A stretch of 63,864 nt of DNA, the filler included, from Octopus bimaculoides (taxonomy: Eukaryota), in the NCBI RefSeq assembly GCF_001194135.2. It is 5 parts of 4 records of this genome, joined end to end, with 100 filler letters (N's around TTAATTAATTAA, not from the genome) between each part and the next. Parts side by side here need not be neighbours in the genome. Positions count along the whole stretch, not along the records: positions 1 to 13,582 come from NC_068999.1; 4 more parts are not named here. One strand, written 5' to 3'. Position numbers and translations under genes: made by a program. How positions within the stretch are numbered: position 1 is the stretch's first letter; each line of letters opens with the position of its first letter. Below the pieces are notes generated by a model, which was not told where the DNA came from, searched no databases, and was given only the letters and a program-made list of their open reading frames with translations. Below, in pieces: positions 1-12,890 of the stretch.

Positions 1-138
1 TATTTAAATTATGTTACTTCACCAATTGGTTATTGAATCACACGACAATATTTAGAATTTACACCATTTCGAGGGATAACCTTAAGAATAATAAGTAAGT
101 AAAGAGAAATAAAAAGGACTAAAATGAATAAGACTGAC

Positions 139-175
<37 letters not shown>

Positions 176-293
176 TCATATAATGCTATCTCCACAATAT
201 ATTGGTGAGATAAAACATGTAATCGTTACCAAAATAGCAAAAATTCGTCCCCAAAGGTCTGAAGTAGACTCCTTATGGATCGATCTCCTTGGT

Positions 294-427
294 TGTATAT
301 CAAAAATTTAAATAACAGTTTTGACGCTTAATATCCATTTATATTATACAGAAATGTTGACCATAGGTAATAAACTTTAATACAAATGGATATTAGCGTC
401 AAAACTCTAATTTAAATTTTCGATACA
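294..427. repeat. About 134-bp inverted repeat (small MITE/hairpin)
   Basis: GTTTTGACGC(T)TAATATCCATTT / AAATGGATATTAGCGTCAAAAC arms of about 50 bp, loop about 31 nt. Confidence 0.8.
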
Positions 428-453
428 TATATATGTGTATATATATATATATA

Positions 454-507
<54 letters not shown>

Positions 508-1560
508 GCACCTAGACATGTTAATCGACGGCATGCATGATTCTGGGAGTCACACGGCAATGTTTAGAATAATTTTACACATTTCGAGGAATAATCTTAA
601 GTATGATAAATAAAAAAATTAAATAGATAAATAAATAAAGAGAAATAAAATATCAAAAGGATTAAAACAAATAACAAGACTGAATATATATGTATGTAAT
701 GTTATATATCGCACCTAGACATGATATCGACGGGCATGCTTCTACTCGGATACAGATGAGAGGAATATGTAAGGAATTAAATGAAAATAGCTCTGTTCAG
801 CTGTACATTGGTTGTTCTTTTAACTTCGCATTCTTCTGGTGATTGGTAGAAATATATATGTGTAATATATATACAGGGAAAAGGCAAGAGATTATGTATA
901 TATGTATATATATGTCGAGTGGACGATGATGTGTTTTCCTCACAAAGACACACACGTCATTAAGTTGTAAGAATTCACGGCAGCCTAGCGTCACGTACAA
1001 GTGCTGCCACCACTTACCAACAACTAAGGAGCAGATAACCGATGAGATTTTGGTAAAGTACAAACTCAGCTGGGAAATTTAATATGAATTAATTACATTG
1101 AAAAAAAAATAATACAGTTTAGAGAAGGGAACAAAACGGAAATGGGGAAATGGTAAAAATGAGACAAAACACACTGAAAGGACAAAAACAAGCATACTCC
1201 CTCATATGTGTGTGTGTGTGTATGTGTGCGAGTGATTCATGAAGGGAGTCAACTCTTACAAAGAAGAGATACGAGTTACAAAACCTGTACAATTCCCATA
1301 ATAAAAATTCTTAGATTTATTTAAAAATCCATTTTCCGATCATAAATTACCAAGCTAAAAACAAAAATGTGTTTGGTCTAAATCTAAACGAAACCGTTTA
1401 AATTCTTTTTGTGTTCCATGCTCATTCAATTATTCTTAATCTTATTGCATATCTATAATTATCGTTCTGCTATGGTCTACGTATATATCGTTTTAAATAA
1501 ACATCTTTACTACGGAATATAATAAAATCTATTAAAGACACAATACGAGTGTTGGTAACC

Positions 1561-2030
1561 TGTGCCTGTAATTCAAAGGGTCAGCCTTGTCACACTGTGT
1601 CACGCTGAATATCCCCGAGAACTACGTTAAGGGTACACACGTTAATTTCACGAGCAGGCTGTCCCACTGCATGGCACCTTGGGTAAGTGTCTGCTACTAT
1701 AGCCTCGGGTTGACCAAAGCCTTGTGAGTGGTTTTCGTAGACGGAAACTGAAAGAAGACCCTCTTATATCAATCTATCTGTACCCCTTTTACTTTTTTCT
1801 ATATATGTATATATCTGTGTGTGTCTTTGTCCTCCCCCATCGCTTGACAACCAATGTTGGTGTGTATACGTCCACGTAACCTAGCGGATCGGCAAAAGCG
1901 ACCGATAGTATTAGTACCAGGCTTAAAAATAAAATAAGCCCGGGGGTCGTTTAGTTCGACTAAAATTCTTCAAAGCAGTGTTCCAACATGACCGCAGTCT
2001 AACGGACTGAAACAAGCAAAAAAAAAAAAA
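1561..2030 (+). mobile_element. SINE family 3 fragment joined to a CORE-like SINE (family 2) fragment
   Basis: 1561-1675 matches 21610-21735. From about 1670 GGCACCTTGGGTAAGTGTCT..CATCGCTTGACAACC..GACTGAAACAAG. Confidence 0.8.
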
Positions 2031-2285
2031 AAAAAAAGATATTGGTACGCGCACACACACAAACTGACACATCACGTAATTTTTCAAAATTTCAAGTTTC
2101 TTTTTGTAGATATACGTGTGTCAGTATCCATGCGTGTGCGCCCACCACTTTCTTTCTCCCTTGAAAGGTATTTGTAGAAAATTTCATTAAAAAATATCCA
2201 TTTTTCTGAAAGTTACGAGTAAAAAAAAAAATCGTAGTAGAGGCATATTTGTGTAGGTATGCCAATAATAATCCATTTTACGACA

Positions 2286-2790
2286 GGCACATGGCCTGAA
2301 ATTTTGGAGGAGGCTAGTCGATAACATCGAAGTCAGTAGTTAAACGGTACCTTATTTTATCGACCCCGAAACGATGAAAAGCAAAGTCGACCTCGGCGGA
2401 ATTTGAACTCAGAAAGTAAAGATAATTATAATGTTGTTTCCCCCCCCCCTGTTTGCTCTAACAAACATTACTAAAGAAATATAATGGTTTCAAATTTTGG
2501 CTCAAAGCCAGCAGGTTTGGCGAACGGGTTAAGGCGATTAAATGGTTCCCAGTGTTTAACTGGTACTTATTTTATCGATCCTACAAAAGGATGAAAAGCA
2601 AAGTCAACCTCGGCGGAATTTGAACTCAGAAAGTAAAGATAATTATAATAATGGGGTCAAATTTTGGCGAACGGGCTAAGGCGATTAAATGGTTCCCAGT
2701 GTTCAACTGGTACTTATTTTATCGATCCTACAAAAGGATGAAATGCAAAGTCAACCTCGGTGGAATTTGAACTCAGAATGTAAAGATAAT
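2286..2790 (-). mobile_element. Three tandem 5'-truncated family 1 SINEs
   Basis: Three copies of TATTTTATCGA..GATGAAA.GCAAAGTC.ACCTCGG.GGAATTTGAACTCAGAA.GTAAAGATAAT. The central domain resembles the Meta/Sauria-SINE GGTCGACT..CCTTTCATCC motif. Confidence 0.85.
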
Positions 2791-3289
2791 CATGATGACG
2801 ATGACAAAAAAAAATCGCAATAGCTCCTGGTTTTAGAAAGAGAAATACTGTTGCGCAAAAATGGTAATGGTATTCCGGTTTAAGAGTTGAGTAAATGAAT
2901 AATCGAACAAAGTTTAACGGAATGAGCGAATAATCGAACGGAGTTTAAGCGAATGAGTTATCGCGAGACTTGATTCGATCATGGCGTCATGGGTATGATG
3001 ATGTCGTTGTTGAAACAACTTTCTCCGTAGTAAGCTGTTGATAGTGTTTCGGGCAGCCGTTTAAACCTCGCCCACACTGTCGCAAACGGGGAATTAATTG
3101 CCAAACAAGCTTGCAGGTAGATTATTATTGTTATTTATTCGTGTTTGTTATCGTATATCGCCTTTCTTTCTTCTGTTCTAACATCGGAATTCTTCTTCAA
3201 ACGCGCGCTTCACACCCACATCTCATCCGACAGACACAGATAAATTGTCCACACGCACTCACGTTAATAATCATAACAGATAGCTACAC

Positions 3290-3605
3290 ATACACACACG
3301 CACATCTAATGCAACAAACACAAATAAATACCTGCATACACACATCAAACACACACACACATCAAACACGACACAAATAAGTACCTGCATACACACATCA
3401 AACACACATACACACATCAAACACACACACACATCAAACACGACACAAATAAATACCTGCATACACACATCAAACGACACAAATAAATGCCTGCACACAG
3501 ACACGCGTACACATCAAACTCAACAGACATAAATACACACACACACATACATCGAACACAGACAGATAAATACCTACGCACACACACAGACAAACAAGCA
3601 CACAC
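3290..3605 (+). repeat. CA-rich degenerate minisatellite
   Basis: Recurring CACACATCAAACAC(G)ACACAAATAAATACCTGCATA unit. Confidence 0.8.
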
Positions 3606-4247
3606 CATGTAATGGGTCTTCTATGGAGAGGAATGTTGTTTCCCCCCCCCCCTGTTTGCTCTAACAAACATTACTAAAGAAATATCTAAAGGAATGTCTG
3701 CGTGTCTATTGTTTCTTATTTTCCAACCCCCGCCCTGCTTCCATCTATCCATCCTATCAATCAATAAAAAAAATATATAAATGAAGTCCAATTTAAACAA
3801 AGACTATTTTAATATTGATNNNNNNNNNNNNNNNNNNNNNNNNNNNNNNNNNNNNNNNNNNNNNNNNNNNNNNNNNNNNNNNNNNNNNNNNNNNNNNNNN
3901 NNNNNNNNNNNNNNNNNNNNNNNNNNNNNNNNNNNNNNNNNNNNNNNNNNNNNNNNNNNNNNNNNNNNNNNNNNNNNNNNNNNNNNNNNNNNNNNNNNNN
4001 NNNNNNNNNNNNNNNNNNNNNNNNNNNNNNNNNNNNNNNNNNNNNNNNNNNNNNNNNNNNNNNNNNNNNNNNNNNNNNNNNNNNNNNNNNNNNNNNNNNN
4101 NNNNNNNNNNNNNNNNNNNNNNNNNNNNNNNNNNNNNNNNNNNNNNNNNNNNNNNNNNNNNNNNNNNNNNNNNNNNNNNNNNNNNNNNNNNNNNNNNNNN
4201 NNNNNNNNNNNNNNNNNNNNNNNNNNNNNNNNNNNNNNNNNNNNNNN

Positions 4248-4298
<51 letters not shown>

Positions 4299-5544
4299 TC
4301 AGAGTGATACTTAGGATCGTTGAAAACATTTTGACGTGTTCACCTTTTAATTCTCCCTTAAGGAAATCCCTTAACATATATCTTTTATAACATCGTAATA
4401 CATGATGCTCGGCAGTCTGTTTATATTGTGTCTACATCTACCTAAGTCTTTTGTTTGTTTTTTAACAGAAACTTGTCTCTGCAACAGATGAGACTTAATC
4501 AAGATGGACCTGGATATATATATATAACTAAAAATTCTCCACATGGTGTCGACTCCTCGTTTTTCCCTCCTTTTCTAAATTTACCCCCTACACATTCCTC
4601 TACATATTTCCTCTTACCCTACTTAACAGGTCTCCTTGACATAGGCCTCCCTTTTGGGGGTTTTTTAATTTATTACAAATATAATTGCTAATATTTGAAC
4701 CTTACATATTTTCATCATTGATGAAAAAGAATTTAGATTTAAATATATCAACGGTGTTTGTCATTAAAATAATATTGTAATTTCTTTTGCGTTTCACTGA
4801 TTTCTCTATAGATATTTTTATACTTGTCTCTGTTAAATATTTTCAAGGGAATTAGGGAGGGTTTTATTTACAACGTAAATAATATTTTACACGAACTACC
4901 ATTGAGATGTTAAGTAAATATTTTGAAAATTAAATTCAATCAGAGTAATTAAATGTAATTTTGTGTCTGTTACATTTCATTTTAAAATCATATTCTAAGA
5001 TTCTTGCTGGAAATTCTACAGAACTGAGTCTGTTAAGAGTTGGGTTTATATTAGATAAGTTTGGTCTCTTACGATAAGTAATGAATAATAATAATGATGA
5101 TGATTGATATTATACATAATTATTGAATTACTTTTATCATCATTCAATCATTGACTATCGATTAGTTGTTTTGTTTGTTTTTTAATGTGTCCTTTTGAGA
5201 TGATCTACAGTGCTATTGCCATAATTGTAATCTCAGTGAAACAGTTTCGCGACCAGATTTCGGTTACCTTAGAACTATGATCTTTTCATTACGTCGCTAA
5301 TGTTTTTTACAATGTCACAGTTCCCATTTACTTTAAACATTTTGTCTATTATTATTATAAATCCCCTCGAAGTTAACTTTGCCATTCATCTCTTCGGGGG
5401 TCGATAAAACAATGTACCAGTTGAATATTTGGGTTGATATAATCAACTGACCTCTTCCCCTGAAAATTGCTGGCGTTGTGCCAAAATTACAAAGAATTAT
5501 TATTATTATTATTATTATTATTATAATTATTTAAAATTATTTTT

Positions 5545-5850
5545 CTCATCTGGTCTTCCTCTACAACCGACTTTGTAAAGTTCGGGTCCACCCCAGAGTT
5601 ACACAAACCTTTCGATGTTTTTACTTCTGGGTTTCTTACTTCACCAAAGAAACTTGTCGTATTCGCAATGTACGTTGAGTGGGAATCATTTCTAATTGGG
5701 ATGATTTACCATCTTTCTTAATTCTATACTTCCATCATTAACTATTCATAAATTCAATCAGCTTATATACATTTTCATCACTCAATCTTGTTTTGAACAG
5801 ATGATCTCATAATTTCTATGGCTTCTTCTTTTCTTTGTGACTGTCGCTGT
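5545..5850 (-). mobile_element. Old LINE (RTE-like) C-terminal relic
   Basis: Broken frames with WKYRIKKDG..QLEMIP and a terminal RGRP motif. Confidence 0.3.
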
Positions 5851-6099
5851 TTTGGTGTTGTTTTATTTTTATTTCCCCCAGTTTGTTCTTATTGATTTTA
5901 CGAAACCAAGTTTAATGAAATTTAATTTGAGGTGGGGGGAATAAAGGACAAAAGAAGCCACTGTTTTCTCTCTAATTTATTACTTCATGTGTAAAAACTC
6001 CATTTAAAAAAAAAAATTATTTTTCCATTAGTCAAAAGTCCAATTATCAGTTATTGATTAATCGAGAAGAATGCCTTTAGTCATTTTAGACTCATCTTT

Positions 6100-6436
6100 C
6101 ATTTTCTTTTACTTGCTTCAGTCATTGGACTGCGGGCCATGCTGGGGCACCACCTTGAAGCGTTTTAGTCGAACAGATCGACCCCATTTTTTTTTTTATT
6201 TCTAAGTCAGGTACTTTAAACAAACCAACACTGGTTGTTGAGCAAACAACACAAAGACACACATATACATACACACACACACACAGTTAAACGCATGCTT
6301 TTCATTTCCCGTCTTCCAAATCCACTCACAAGGCTCTGGTCGGCTCGGGGCTGTAAGAAGACACATGTCCAAGGTGCTGCACGGTGGGACTGAACCCAAG
6401 GCAGCTTGGTTAGGAAACGAGCTTTTCAGCCACGTC
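6100..6436 (-). mobile_element. CORE-like tRNA SINE (family 2)
   Basis: Reverse complement contains GGGTTCAGTCCCACCGTGCAGCACCTTGGACATGTGTC and the CAGCATGGCCCGCAGTCCAATGACTGAA tail. Confidence 0.8.
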
Positions 6437-6699
6437 TGAGCCTACATTGCTATAATATTTCTTTGATTATAGATGTACGTTTTTGGAACTATTATCTAAG
6501 GTTAAATTCCTGACTTGTTTTCAAAAACAATTGTCCTTTGTTTTTTTGTTTTTTTTTTTCTTTTCTTAGTTAACAGTATTTTCATTAAAAAAAAATGCAA
6601 CTTTCATTTTTAACTTGTAAATGTAAATTTTTTCCCCTTTTTTACTATATTATAAGCAATGAAATTCTAGACCTACAAACGTGCAGTTATTATTATTAA

Positions 6700-7490
6700 G
6701 GCGGCGAGCTGGCAGAATCGTTAGCACACCGGGCGAAATGCTTAGCGGTATTTCGTCTGCCGCTACGTCCTGAGTTCAAATTCCGCCGAGGTCGACGTTG
6801 CCTTTCATCCTTTTGCGATCGATTAAATAAGTACCAGTTACGCACTGGGGTCGATGTAATCGACTTAATCCGTTTGTCTGCCCTTGTTTGGTCCCCTCTG
6901 TGTGTAGCCCCTTGTGGGCAGTAAAGAAATAAGAAACGTTAGCATGCTGGGCGAAATGCTTAGCGGCATTTCGTCCGTCTTCACGTTCTGTGTTCAAATA
7001 CAGTCGAAGCATCAGCATTGCTAGGAATGAGGTTGGGGTATTTTTGGGTCTGCTGTAGACAATACGTGTTTTTCTGTGGGATCAGGGGGTGGCAAACGGA
7101 AGGGCTGCCCCGGGCGGTACACACTCTAGTTACGCTGCTAGTGCATCAAGGTCGACTTTGCCTTTCGTCCTTTCGGAGATCGATAAAATAAGTACCAGTT
7201 GTGGACTGGGATCAATGTAATCGACTTACCCCCTCTCCCGAAATTTCAGGCCTTGTGCCTATAGTAGAAAAGATTATTACGGTGAGCTGGCAGAATCGTT
7301 AGCATGCTGGGCAAAATGCTTTGTGGCATTTCGCCCATCTTCACGTTCTGAGTTCAAATTTCGCTGAGGTTGATTTTGCCCTTTATCCGATCAGGGTTGA
7401 TAAAATAAGTACTGCTGGGATACTAGAGTCGACGTAACCTACTTACTCCTCCCTTAAAATTGCTGGCCCTGTGCCAAAATTTTAAACTAT
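6700..7490 (+). mobile_element. Cluster of family 1 tRNA SINEs (6700-6999, 7149-7275, 7281-7490)
   Basis: GGCGGCGAGCTGGCAGAATCGTTAGC head, GAGTTCAAATTCC B box and GGTCGAC..GCCTTTCATCC body. Confidence 0.9.
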
Positions 7491-9600
7491 TATTATTATT
7501 ATTATTATTATTTTTGGTTCCATCTTGAAGATTATTACCTGATGTGGAGGAGTATCTGCTACAGTACTTCAGGGACTTTTAGAAGATTTTGTGATGTCTT
7601 AAACCTTGATGGGATGAAACATGAGGCGTCGGGGTAAGTTTGGATTTTCCATGATTCGTTTATAATGAAATAAACATTTTGTTGTTTGTGTTGTTGATTA
7701 AATTGTAACTTTATTTTTGAAGTTTCATACTAAAGAATCTGTCTTATATAGAATCAACTTTTCCCCTTTCTCCCTTCCCATTATTGGTGAAATTAGCTCA
7801 GTTAAAGAAATATCTTTCAATAGTTCTGCTACCTTGGTTATTTAAGAAATTTGGGTGCTGCTTAAGTATATGGTTTACTGCATTAACGATGGTCTGTACT
7901 GTGAAATGACATATGGATTAGGGTTAGAGTTTTAAGGTTAGACTGCACCTAAATGTAAATGGCCTGGTAGACTGCACACTAATGTAGCACTGAAATTTGT
8001 TAAGTCTTAGAAGAAATGATTGCTGGACAAAGTAAATTTATGTTTCTATTTGTATGTCTGAGCCATAAACATGATGAATGATGAGATTTTTGGCTTTTGC
8101 ATTCAATGTATAGCATAATGAGCTAGCTTGCCAAAATTTAAAACAAACCCCTTAACTGAACCAGCCTGCTTTCATTTGACACAAACTCAGCAATCTTTGA
8201 TTCGAGGTCAAACTTGTGAGGTCGTAATCAACTTAGACATAACCCCACCACCACCATTTATGTAAATAAACTGGAAAAAAAACGTTTAACAAAACTTATG
8301 TGGCTGACCAATTAGAAATAGCAGCTAATTCTCTCTCAAATCACATACTTCAATGCCTTGAAAAAGGCAGGACACATTGGATAATGTAGTCCTAGGCTCA
8401 CAGTGTCTGAAATAACTGAGGGGATGGACATGGCTGGAATGACCTTGATCATGGGTCTTCTCAATCTGGGCTGACCTTGGGTTAAAAGAGTTGAAAGAAA
8501 AACATGAAAACCAAAAATGGAAATGTATTCTTTTGGTAAAAAGTTGAAATATGTTGCCATGTTAACTGATATTCTCTCATTGCAATTGAAGACATTCTGA
8601 ATAATGGTAAAAAAAATTCCTGTAGTCTTGGGTTCAGCTCCATTCTGTGGCACCTTACACAAGTATCTTCAATTAAAGCCCTAAGTTGATCAAAGCGTTG
8701 TAAATGGATTTGGTAGAGAGAAACTGAAAGAAGCCCATCACAATATATAATATATATACATATATAAAACAAGTAAAAGATAACTACTTGAACATGTCTC
8801 TGGCACAGCACACCAATTCTGAACTATTTCCTAATAAAGCCATCCATCTGTGACAAACTAATCTTCAGTTCTGCTACTTTACCAATGTGCTACATCCATT
8901 ATTTGTCTCTTTTACAATGGTCTCTGGTCTCACTGAAGATCTCCTGTTCTCTTACCTCCACCCATGTTGTTCTATTAAGGATGGGGTAGGATATGGAAGG
9001 GAGTGCGTGGTGTAATGTCTAATGGCATTCATGCTAGTTCTCTGCACTGTAAGCTCAGATTCTGCTAGCGTCAACTTCGCTTTTTATCCTCTTGGGGTAT
9101 CAGTCCAGGAGTCAAATCTTCTTTCTTTCATCGAATCATCTTTGTACCATTATGCCACTTTGACTCATCTTCAGATCTGCATTAAGAAGTCCACATGTCT
9201 GTGGAATATTCGGCTACTTATATATGTTCATTTCATTAGTAGGAATTCAGTTGGTCAAACAACTGAATGTTCATTCCTTATCAAGGCTTATCAAGAATTT
9301 CACCATTCCACTGCTTCATACCCAAGGCTTTGTACAAAATGATTTCTTAATTTCTTCGCATTCAGAACTGCAGCTTCATTGTTTCCTGTCCATACACCCA
9401 CATCTCTCATTTGTAATTATGCTAATTAAACATTAATTACACTAATATCACCCAATTAATCTTTATCTCCCGTCAGTCTTAGAGGTCTTGTCACTGCCCC
9501 TTCAGAGCCAGTTAGTATGTGTCCTTGACTATATGTATGTCTGTGTGTGTATATATATGTATATGTATTTATTTATTTATTTATATATATATATTTATTT

Positions 9601-10396
9601 CATCATCATCATTTAACGTCAGTTTTCCATGCCGGCATGGGTTGGACAGTTCGACTGGGGTCTGGGAAGCCAGGAGGCTGCACCAGGCTCCAGTCTGATA
9701 TAGCAGTGTTTCTACAGCTGGATGCCCTTCCTACCAGTCCAAGAGTGTAGTGGGTGCTTTTTACATGCCACCGGCACAGGGGCCAGAGGGGGCTGGCAAC
9801 GATCAGTTGGTGCTAATTATGTGCCACCAGCACGGAAGCCAGCCAAGGCAGCACTGGCATCGGCCACGTTCAGATGGTGCTTCTTACGTGCCGCTGGCAC
9901 AGGGATCACAGCTGCAATTTCCATGTGATTTTGATGTACTTGACTCAATAGGTCTCCTCAAGCATGGCATGTTGTCCTATGATCCAAGGTGCTTTTGAGT
10001 GGGCTGGTTATGCAACACTGGTGTAGGTTACAGCTGTGAACTCACTTTATTTGCCGGGTCTTCTCAATCACAGCATATCTCCAGAGGTCTTGGTCTTTTG
10101 TCATTACCTCTGTGAAGCCCAACATTCGAAGCTCATGCTTCACAACCTCATCCCATGTCTTCCTGGGTTCTCCCTCTACCCTGGATTCCTTCCACTGTTT
10201 GGGAGTGGCACTTCTTCACACAGCTCCCCTCATCCATCCGTAGTACATGACCATACCAATGCAAACGTCTCTCTTGCATGCCACATCCAATGCTTCTTAT
10301 GTCCAACATTTGTCTCAGGGGTGCTTACACTCTGTTGTGCGTGCACACTGGCATTACACATCCAGCGGATCATGCTAGCTTCATTTATTTCAAGCC
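9601..10396 (-). mobile_element. RTE-clade LINE 3' end (RT C-terminus + 3' UTR ending in (GAT)n)
   Basis: Minus translation RLEINEASMIRWMCN.. then, across frameshifts, RRLHWYGHVLRMDEG..CVKKCH, typical of the RTE C-terminus. Modular 3' UTR and GATGAT tail at 9601-9612. Confidence 0.85.
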
Positions 10397-10399
10397 TAT

Positions 10400-10666
10400 G
10401 TATGTGTGTATATATATGTATTTGTGTGTATATATATGTATGTGTGTGTATATGTTTGTGTGTCTGTGATTGTCCCCCCAACATCGCTTGATAACCGATG
10501 CTAGTGTGTTTACGTCCCCATAACTTAGCGCTTTGGCTAAAGAGACCGATAGAATAAGTAGTAGGCTTACAAAGAATAAGTCCTGGGGTCAATTAGCTCG
10601 ACTAAGAGGCAGTGCTTCAGCATGGCCACAGTCAAATGACTGAAAAGAGTAAAAGAGTAAAAGAGT
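10400..10666 (+). mobile_element. Family 2 SINE 3' half
   Basis: CCCCCAACATCGCTTGATAACC..AGAATAAGTAGTAGGCTTACAAAG..GACTGAAAAGAGTAAAAGAG. Confidence 0.85.
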
Positions 10667-11030
10667 ACCCTCTGTCAATATACCCATGTAAAATTGAAAG
10701 AACAACATGCCAAGGAGAATCCAGTATTTCTCTTTTTTTTTTCGACACCTGAAGTGACACAGCCGGCACTGTTTGATGCAATGCAATTAGATGCACAATA
10801 TCCTACCCCTACAGGACTGCTGCAGGATGGGTCAAAACAATTGTCATGCTGAATAAAGATTCATACTAAATCCATCTTCCATTGCCTTCATCAATAATAA
10901 ACTCGACAAACACTATGGATTGCCTGATTCAGATCCAGTGAAAATTATATTGTAATATAAACACCAGGTGCCCAAATGGTGAATGTGCTTTCATCAACAT
11001 ACCAATAGACATATACCCAAAATCCAATTA

Positions 11031-11061
<31 letters not shown>

Positions 11062-11063
<2 letters not shown>

Positions 11064-11420
11064 TCATCATCATCATCACCATCGTTTAACGTCCGCTTTC
11101 CATGCTAGCATGGGTTGGACGATTTGACTGAGGACTGGTGAACCAGATGGCTACACCAGGCTCCAATCTGATTTGGCAGAGTTTCTACAGCTGGATGCCC
11201 TTCCTAACGCCAACCACTCCAAGAGTGTAGTGGATGCTTTTACATGCCACTGGCATGAAGGCCAGCCAGGAGGTACTGGCAACGGCCACGTTCAAAATGG
11301 TGTATTTTACGTGTCACCTGCACAAGGGCCAGTCCAGCGGTACTGGCAACGAACTCACTAGAATGTCTTTTCACGTGCCACTGGCACAAGTGCCAGGAAG
11401 GCGACATTGGTAACGGTCAT
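11062..11420 (-). mobile_element. RTE LINE 3' UTR fragment (same family as 9601-10396)
   Basis: CATCAT tail + TTTAACGTC..CATGGGTTGGAC..CTACAGCTGGATGCCCTTCCTA, matching 9601-9735. Confidence 0.85.
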
Positions 11421-11551
11421 ATATATATATATATATATANNNNNNNNNNNNNNNNNNNNNNNNNNNNNNNNNNNNNNNNNNNNAAAGCTAAGCTAAGAGC
11501 ACTAGATTCCTTGGAAATATATATGTGTGTGTGTGTGTATATATATTTATA

Positions 11552-11952
11552 CAGTTCGCCATCGACTTACAATCTATCCAGCCTATGACCATTGGCGCGC
11601 CAGCTCCCGGCAGCAATAATAAATAGTCCGGTTGAAATCTAATGGGTTTAATTTCTTATAAACTAACCCGTCTATGGATGATGTCAGCTAACAAACGCTT
11701 CCCCTAGGTTTGGTTATCGATCACCACTGTAAACCTTGTATTTGTTTATTAGATGACTGCTTGAGACTCCGAACAAATAACACTGTTGTAGTATAATACA
11801 GAATGCTGTGTGTGACCCTTACCTGAGAATGTACCTTAAGAATGTAAAAATATAGAAACAAAGCTATGTAGGCCTATAGGCCGACTTATGACCAAATTGA
11901 CTTATGACCAGTCACTTAGCACCAATTGTGGTCGTAAGTTGACGACAACCTG
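11552..11952. mobile_element. Tigger/pogo-like MITE
   Basis: TA-flanked imperfect TIRs CAGTTCGCCATCGACTTAC / GTAAGTTGACGACAACCTG, with internal GACTTATGACC repeats. Confidence 0.7.
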
Positions 11953-12222
11953 TATGTATGTATATATATATATATATATATATTATTTTGTTTAAAAGAG
12001 TTCCAACACTGTCTGTTTTTTATGTTTTATTTATATTCCTGCAGAACCAATGTGGGGTATAGAATATGGAATATACAATATATAATATAATATACAATAT
12101 ATAATATAAAATAAAATAAAATAAAATAAAAATGGATGGCACCATGAAATAAAGTATTGAATGTAGTTGAAATATTGAGTGTTCAATATAAAGGATCAAA
12201 TATATAAATATAAGTATATAAA

Positions 12223-12262
12223 GGCGACTCGAGTTTCAGGGCTATTTCCCTTCGTCATGGCC
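12223..12262 (-). ncRNA. Type I hammerhead relic (family B)
   Basis: GGC-C(A)TGACGA-AGGG(AAATAG)CCCT-GAAAC-TCGA-GTC^GCC. Palindromic stem III ACTCGAGT. One extra A in the core. Confidence 0.65.
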
Positions 12263-12263
12263 G

Positions 12264-12466
12264 GGCACAAGGGGCCTGAAATTTTGGGGGAGGGGGCCAG
12301 TCAATTAGATCAACCCCAATACGCAACTGGTACTTAATTTATTGCCCCCGAAAGGATGAAAGGCAAAGTCGACCTCAGAAGAATTTAAACTCAGAACGTA
12401 AAGGCAGACGAAATACTGCTAAGCATTTTGCCCGGCTTGCTGACGTTTCTGCTAGCTTGCCACCTT
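12264..12466 (-). mobile_element. Family 1 SINE
   Basis: Reverse complement of a full head-to-tail family 1 unit. Confidence 0.88.
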
Positions 12467-12890
12467 TTTGTATATATCCTCATCATTTTAATATCTGGTT
12501 AATCTAGGACAAGGCCAATCCAATGTCAAGCTACAGCTTGCTTATCACTGCAGCCATCTTAGTCCCCTGAGCTATTGTAGTCAGACGTCCAACCAGGTTT
12601 GGGTTGCATGGATGAGCCTTTAAAGCTACTGCAAGCAGAAGGAAAAGCCCAGTAGTGTCAAAGGTCGGTGTACGTAGCCATTTGAGGGTACACCACTCTT
12701 CCTCGTACTCATTGGACACAAAGAAACTACTATCAGATGGTTACCGAAAGTTACCAAAACATCAATAGTGACTGGGAAAAAATTCTTTTGAACAGCTGTA
12801 TGCGTAGATGATTGGGTTTTTTCTGGGGAGTAACAACGAAAGAAGTAATAGTAAAAAGATGTGAAATTCATAACTGTTGAATGAAAAAAA

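Noticed and set aside
2286-2790. CRISPR-like repeat array
   Set aside because: The repeats are SINE bodies with no unique equal-length spacers, in a eukaryotic context with no cas genes.
3781-4390. Long ORFs containing X runs (also near 19630, 21636, 42417, 51899 and others)
   Set aside because: They are open only because they cross N gaps.
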